In this document: piece by piece, positions 57,501 through 64,000 of the stretch
Position numbering within the stretch: position 1 is the stretch's first letter
Layout of the letters: each line of letters starts with the position of its first letter
NCBI GenBank assembly: GCA_964035545.1
Contig: OZ037767.1
Location: forward strand, 3,607,680 to 3,671,679
Direction of reading: 5' to 3'
From: Bugula neritina
Taxonomy: Eukaryota > Animalia > Bryozoa
DNA length: 64,000 nt
The notes under the pieces: generated by a model
The model's input: only the letters and a program-made list of their open reading frames with translations
The model's database searches: none
Told to the model about the DNA's origin: nothing
Position numbers and translations under genes: made by a program

Positions 57501-60500
57501 TGCCGTGCTTGGAAAGAGCAGAGATTCAGACTGTCGTGTCCGGTCCTATAACTTACGGTCCGGATATTCTACCTCAAGTGGGACCTTTTCAAGGATTACA
57601 CAATTACTGGGTATCTGCTGCACACACGTGAGTCTGTTGTAACGCGTGACCTAGTCGATTATATGGCCTAGTCGATCATGTGACTTACTTTATCATGTGA
57701 CCTAGTTGATCATGTGACCTAGTCGATCATGTGACCTAGTTGATTTACCCTCTATAACAGTTGGCTCGAATAATCTGCTCTTTATAAAAATTGACCAAGG
57801 TAGTCTCCGCATTGAACCGCATAGCTCAGTTATCTAAATATTGCTAACACATACACAATTATTGAAAAGTCATGTCAAAGTTGCCAGTTTTTACATTGCA
57901 GATATGGCATAGCTCATTCCGCAGGGTTCGGTGACTACTTAGCTGATTGGATAATACACGGAGAGCCTCCTTTTGAATGTGCCGAGACGGACCCCAATAG
58001 ATATTCTCCGAAATGGTGCACTGAGTAGGTTGACCTTAACCTGTTTATTTCGTGTCATCTCATTTCTGAGCAATATTTGTCTATATGTGTGTGCGTGCAT
58101 GTGCGTTTACGCATGCATGTGCGTGTGTGCGTATGCATGTGTGCGTGCGTGCATGAGTGAGTGTGTGTGTAAGTTTTCTTGATAAATTAGCAACAGTTGC
58201 CAATTACTGCCTAGTTTTTAAACTTATACTAAATGTTTAGCCTATATTATATTAATACATCTTATTAAAGATATCATTGGTATTGTGTATGAGACATATC
58301 AATGCTATCTGCATGTTATTGTAATCTAAAACACTTTCAGTGAGTTTCATTTGGCAAAGGCACGAGAGACTTATGGTATGAACAACCATCCTCCATTCCC
58401 CAAGGAGGTGAGACCCGCCGGGAGGCCCACATGTAGGACAACTCCCATATACAAACTCCAGAAAGAATCTGGTGCCCAGTTTTCCTTCTCTGCAGGTATT
58501 CAAGCAACACTACACGTAGAGAGGCTCTAAACTCATGATTTAAACTATTGCAGCTTCAAATCTTCATTTATTAAAATGTTATTATATCATTATGTTATAA
58601 TTATTACGTCATTACCAACTATAACTGTAAGTAATTATCATTTTTATATTGTTATGATATTTTCTGTATGCTGTAATATTTTTTCTTGATTTTTTTATGA
58701 TTTTTATCAATTCATAATTTATGTTACTATATAGTTGCCACATTACTATAAGCTTATAGTTGATATATTACTACATAGTTACTATATTACTATATATAGT
58801 TATTATATTACTGTATATAATTATTATACTACTATATATAGTTATTTTATTGCTATATATAGTTAATATTTTACTATATAATAATTATATTACTATATAT
58901 AGTTATTATATTACAATATAGTTACGAGTATTATATTACTATATTACTATATTATAGTTATCATAACAACAGTATTGCTACTATTATGTGTATCGTTATG
59001 CTGTCTCTATGATTGTGTAGGATGGGAGACGGCAGACTGGTACGCATTACCTGGAGATGAGTCCGGATATATTCCCTCCTTCAGACGGACAAACTGGTTT
59101 GAGCCAGTGGGACGGGAATGTAGAGGAGTTCTGGAGAACTGCGGAGTGATTGATTTGAGTGCCTTTGGCAAGTTTGAGTTGACCGGCCCAGACTCTGCTA
59201 AACTCATTGATTACTTGTATGCTAACGAAGTACCTAAGGTAATTACACACATACACACGCATATGCACGCACACACGCACACGCGCACACACACACACCC
59301 ACACACACACGCACACGCACACACACACACACACACATACACGCACACGCGCACACACACATGCGCACACACACACACGCCCCCACATGCAAACAAACAC
59401 ATTCATTTTAAGCATGTTCTTTATATCATACCATGTCATCATAAACTGAAACATTTTGTAGAAAGGAGAGATTAAAGTTTCCCACATGTTGACCTCTACT
59501 GGCACTGTGTACGCTGAGCATACTGTGTCTTGCATGGACCCGGAGAGGTTCTGGTGTGTAACTGGTGGCACGTCAGAGCTTCATGATATCAGGTATGAAT
59601 AAACCAACATAACTAATTAGCAAGTAATACTTACTAATGTTTTACTTACACTTATACGACTTACACGCTCCCTATGCACTGTACAGTGGGATTACATATA
59701 AAATGTGTCCTTTACATTATACAGTGTGCTTATACTTATACTCTAAGTTATGCCATCTTTTCTTGTATTTTTATGACAAACAACTGCACCCACAACACAT
59801 CATTTTTGACTTTTCCTGAAAAACCTCCTTCTGATACAGATTATACATCATGAACTTTACATCAAAGCTTTACAAAATATCTTCCTCAACACAAAATACA
59901 TTATTTTGATATATACGAATATTGCTACACCCGCAGATGGATGGAAATGGTAGCTAAAGAGCGAAACTACAATGTTAAGTTTGAAATGATTTCTGACGAA
60001 TACATGGTGGTGAGCATAGCAGGGCCCAAGTCTAGGGAGGTCATGGCGAAACTTACAGATGCAGACGTGTCAGGAGAATCTTGGCCTTTCATGGTTCAGA
60101 AGACGATAGAGCTAGCTGGGGTCACTGCCCACGCCTTTCGACTCTCCTACACTGGTTTGTTGGTGCTCAGTCTATTTTCTAAAGTGATTGGGGCAGCTAA
60201 GTTTATAATGTAATATAGAAATTAAACCAATATTAGAATAATGCTGTTATTTTATCATTATGTAGTGTTGACTGAGCAGTTACTCAGCTATTTTAGAACC
60301 TATAAGGCTATCTTAACTTAAGTTAGAACGTCAAAACAAATAATGATAAATATCAACAGCATATATTTATTTAAAGGCTTTGCAGTGATATCTGTTTAAA
60401 CCTATTATAAATGTCTTTCAAACATGTTTATTAGTTTATATCTTTTTCAAAATAACAAAAGGAAAATATAAAATTCTTCTTTTCCTACTGTTCAGTGATT

Positions 60501-62791
60501 GTGGAATTATGCTTGCGGATTGCATAATATGTTGTTGACTATATATATACAGTACTGTATTAACAGGTGAATTAGGCTGGGAACTATACATCAAGCCAGA
60601 GAGCATGCTCTCGCTATACAAAGCTATCCAGGAAGCTGGAAAAGAGTTCCAAATGGTGAAGTTTGGAAAGTTTGCGCTTGATTCCCTGCGACAGGAAAAA
60701 GGAATGCGAGGTTGGGGCATGGAGGTAGCCTATATCTATTACTATATAATACTATACTTTACTATATATTACTACCTATGTTTCTATAGATTATTGTATA
60801 TCACTCTGTATTACTCTATACTACTATATACAAGTATACTATAACTATATTTTCATGTTACTATATACTAATACTTGCTATTATATATTACTGTATAATA
60901 TTATATATTACTATATAATACTTTGTATTACTATATATTACTCTATACAACTACATATTACTCTATAATGCTTGGTAAGCCTAGGGCCACACGGTGCGTA
61001 TTTTCGCATGCGAAAATTGAAACCACAAGTAGCAAAGGTGTCCACTGTGCGCGTTGAGAAAACATTCGCACTTGTCGCTCTGCATTTTCAACGCAAGTGC
61101 GAATCGTCTCTGTCGTCGTCACCTAATTGGCTGGTAGTTATTCAGCGAGCCCAATTCCCTTATTTTAGTGCTACATTCCAGTAAATTGCGTTTTATTGAA
61201 AGCGAGTGCGATTTAAAAATGAAAGCTTTATTTATCACGCATCACTGACGCTACAGTGGACACCTTTGCTACTTGTGATTTCAATTTTCGCATGCGAAAA
61301 TACGCACAGTGTGGCCCTAGGCTTAGTGATATAATATGTGTTTTTCATTTGCTCTGTTCTAACATAAACGCATGTCACAAATGTGACATATAAATGTTTA
61401 TGTAAGAAAAAATGTGACATGTGGCACACTTTGTTCTACATGATGCATTTATGTTGTGCACATGTTTTTTATAGCATATTGTTGGGGACTTATTGTAGAT
61501 GACTAAAGGTACAAATGCTCTTGAAGCTGGGTTAGGGATGTTTTTAAAGCCAAACAAAGTGAGTATATTATGTTACTACTACTACTGCTACTGCTACTGC
61601 CACTGCTACTGTAACTGCTATTGCTACTACTATTACTACTGCTACTACTATTAATACTTACCATTGCTTGTAGGAAGCAGACTTCATTGGAAAGGATAAA
61701 ACCAAGAAAGAAGGTTTAAAAAAGAAATTAGTCTTTTTGACTGTTGAAACAGAAGGAGTGGATCCAGGGGGAGATGAGGTGGTTTGGTGTGATGGGAAGG
61801 TAAGTAGATATTCCTAAGGTTATCATTTTTTAACTCTTTATACCTCAAAATGATTTCATTAAGTATCACACAGGCCAGCAGTAGATGCTGAACTGACTCA
61901 ATACTTTTTGAATATTCAGTATTCAACGGGTAAGTTGGTTTATTAGTTTTTAATGCTTATAATGCTAATCACACACATCAAGTATAAAACTATTATAAAA
62001 TCAACATCATCAATAGCGGAACTGTAAATCAATCTATCACTGTAGGTTTATTCAGAGATGCCAAAAACTGGCTAGCAATGTTGTGTATACTTAGCTTTAA
62101 AAATGGGCTCAAAAATTTATTGAAACTGTGCAAAATGTTTCATGGCTATAATACAAGTATAATAAATTAAAATTGATATTCTCAAGTTATAACTACACTG
62201 TGTACAAGTAGTTTATTAAATGGTGCTAATAATTGCATACGTGTAAAGCTTCATTAGAGATAGGCTTATTCTATAGTCTAAAAACTTAAAAAACTGCTTA
62301 AAACATGAAAAGGATCAAAGTTTTAAAAACAAAAGCGAGATGGCAATTATTTCTGTTTGCACATGCTCTGTTAACTAGCCCTGTAAGTGTAATTATTACA
62401 CGTCAAAAGGGGATGGAGCCATGTGGGGATGTATCTTATCTATTATCAATATACAATTATTAGTAGTCATTGTTAGCATAAATGATTGGGCTTTATCTCC
62501 ACCAGGGACAGCTAGTAACATAGAAGCCAGATAAAACTTCACCAGGAAAATAAGCTTTGCATCGTGTAGCTCACTTTAATTTTTGAGTTTTGATATGATG
62601 TAACATTTTAGGTTGTTGGATATACCACGTCTGGTTGCTATGGCTGGCAGGTTGGCTCTAGTATATGCATGGCTTACCTACCAATAGAATTAGTAAAAAA
62701 CGGAGCTATAGTCCAAGTAGAAGTCTTAGCCCAGAAATATAACGCTACGGTGCACAAGCAACCCTTAGTTAAACATGAAACCCGTAGGTAA
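53831..62791 (+). CDS. DMGDH: Mitochondrial dimethylglycine dehydrogenase (N-terminal exons uncertain; candidates 51911-51919 and 52341-52409)
   Basis: Exons ~53831-53921, 54293-54446, 54840-54938, 55499-55663, 56164-56368, 56556-56696, 56901-57008, 57429-57627, 57902-58024, 58341-58495, 59021-59238, 59462-59592, 59937-60154, 60567-60724, 61499-61558, 61674-61799, 62612-62791 (TAA). FAD motif [10 protein letters not shown]; covalent-flavin His in [13 protein letters not shown]; [12 protein letters not shown]; [13 protein letters not shown]; GcvT-type [12 protein letters not shown] and DSLRQEKG. Confidence 0.93.
54492..54544. repeat. (ATTG)n microsatellite
   Basis: Direct reading. Confidence 0.9.
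57645..57743. repeat. ~17-bp minisatellite (catgtgacctagtcgat)
   Basis: About six degenerate tandem units just after a splice donor. Confidence 0.8.
60976..61325. mobile_element. MITE with ~70-bp near-perfect TIRs, PIF/Harbinger-like
   Basis: taagcctagggccacacggtgcgtattttcgcatgcgaaaattgaaaccacaagtagcaaaggtgtccactgt versus acagtggacacctttgctacttgtgatttcaattttcgcatgcgaaaatacgcacagtgtggccctaggctta; TAA/TTA ends. Confidence 0.9.
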
Positions 62792-64000
62792 AAGTAGTTA
62801 TTTTGAAGAGCAATAGTTTCTAGTCATTCATATTCTGCAGCTAGTCAGGATTTAAGGCTAAGTTTAGCCTTAATGTGTGAACAGCCTCTTAAATCAGCTG
62901 TTCCTTTCTTTTAATGATGACTGAGCATTTTCACTTGAATTTTGTATTTTTTAAGACTATTTATAAATACAAATACTATTTGTATGTTTGTTGGCTTTTG
63001 TTTTAGATTACATTCTTATATTTTGCCTCTTTCCTATTCTGCATGTGTCAGTTGCATAACTAACTGTACATTTGTTGCACCTGAATATTGTGTGGGAAAC
63101 ACTCAATAGTGTTTTTATTTAAATAGTTCAAAGTTAGCTTTGAAAACTGCTGAATAAAGTCACATGACTTTCATAATAGTGACACGTATTGAAACCTAGT
63201 GTATAAGCATTATTTCCTTATGGTTTTAGCCCTAAGATTATGCTAAAAATTTTTTGATAAAAATATTATTTTGATGGAAATACAGTTTTGCAGTTGAATA
63301 TGTTAGCAAATTTTATTGATTTACTAAGTTTGTACGACACTGATTACTATAATTTGTGTTAGTCCTCTATTATTGTAGTGTCATGTTAGTGAGAAAGGTG
63401 ATTTGTTTATATATGTCAGACTGACAATATATTTTCCTTACTCACAATAAGACATAAACACACATCTCTTCTATTCAGCAAAACATCAAAACAAAAGACA
63501 CCATAAGTAGCATAAAACTTGACTTCATCTCTTTGAAAACTGGATCAAAATTCAGTAAGCTGTTACAACACATTTTATATTCACTTGCATAGATTTTAAT
63601 ATTTATACGTACTCTAATTGTTGTGAAGTTTATATATATTTTATTTTGCATTAATTAGAATAACAAAAATGGCAGTTTTGCTCTGTAAAACCTCACACTA
63701 AGCGCACTATACTAATGATTTATAATTTTAAGTTGAACAAGGAAGTGCATGACATACTATAATCCCCCACTCACTCACATCACCCACTATAATAACTTAT
63801 CTAATCATAACAATAATCATGTGCCCATAATAACATGCTTAGCCTCTAATACGACAGAAGTCATTGTTTAATTGAGCGCCTTGTGTACTGCCGACTACAT
63901 GCAGGCTCTACACTCAACTTTCACTGAGACTTCCAATATATAACAGTTGTAGTTAAGGTGAGTATAGCAATATTTCTACTATATTGTAGTATAAGTGTAA

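Overview
AT-rich, intron-rich invertebrate (probably lophotrochozoan) genomic DNA, not prokaryotic. In order: (1) the 3' two-thirds (domains II-IV plus C-terminus) of a Nav1-type voltage-gated sodium channel (+, 37-16711). It has E/K/A filter residues, an MFM inactivation motif, an unusual domain IV pore (SAGWNN), a degenerate IQ motif and several candidate microexons, including a frame-compensating trio in the III-IV linker intron. (2) Two tandem, intact galactose-3-O-sulfotransferase-family paralogues (-), one carrying a decayed Gypsy-like LTR retrotransposon in an intron. (3) A multi-exon gene (-, ~35433-46703) for an unusual receptor: signal peptide, two tandem class-C-GPCR-type Venus flytrap domains, a single TM helix and a tyrosine-motif tail that is cut off by an in-frame stop. 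(4) Head-to-head with it, a small GPI-anchored Ly6/three-finger (quiver/sleepless-like) gene missed by the ORF track. (5) A dimethylglycine dehydrogenase gene (+). Interspersed are three copies of a tRNA-derived SINE, several MITE or fold-back elements and very long microsatellites. All exon boundaries were read by eye from GT/AG signals and frame continuity.
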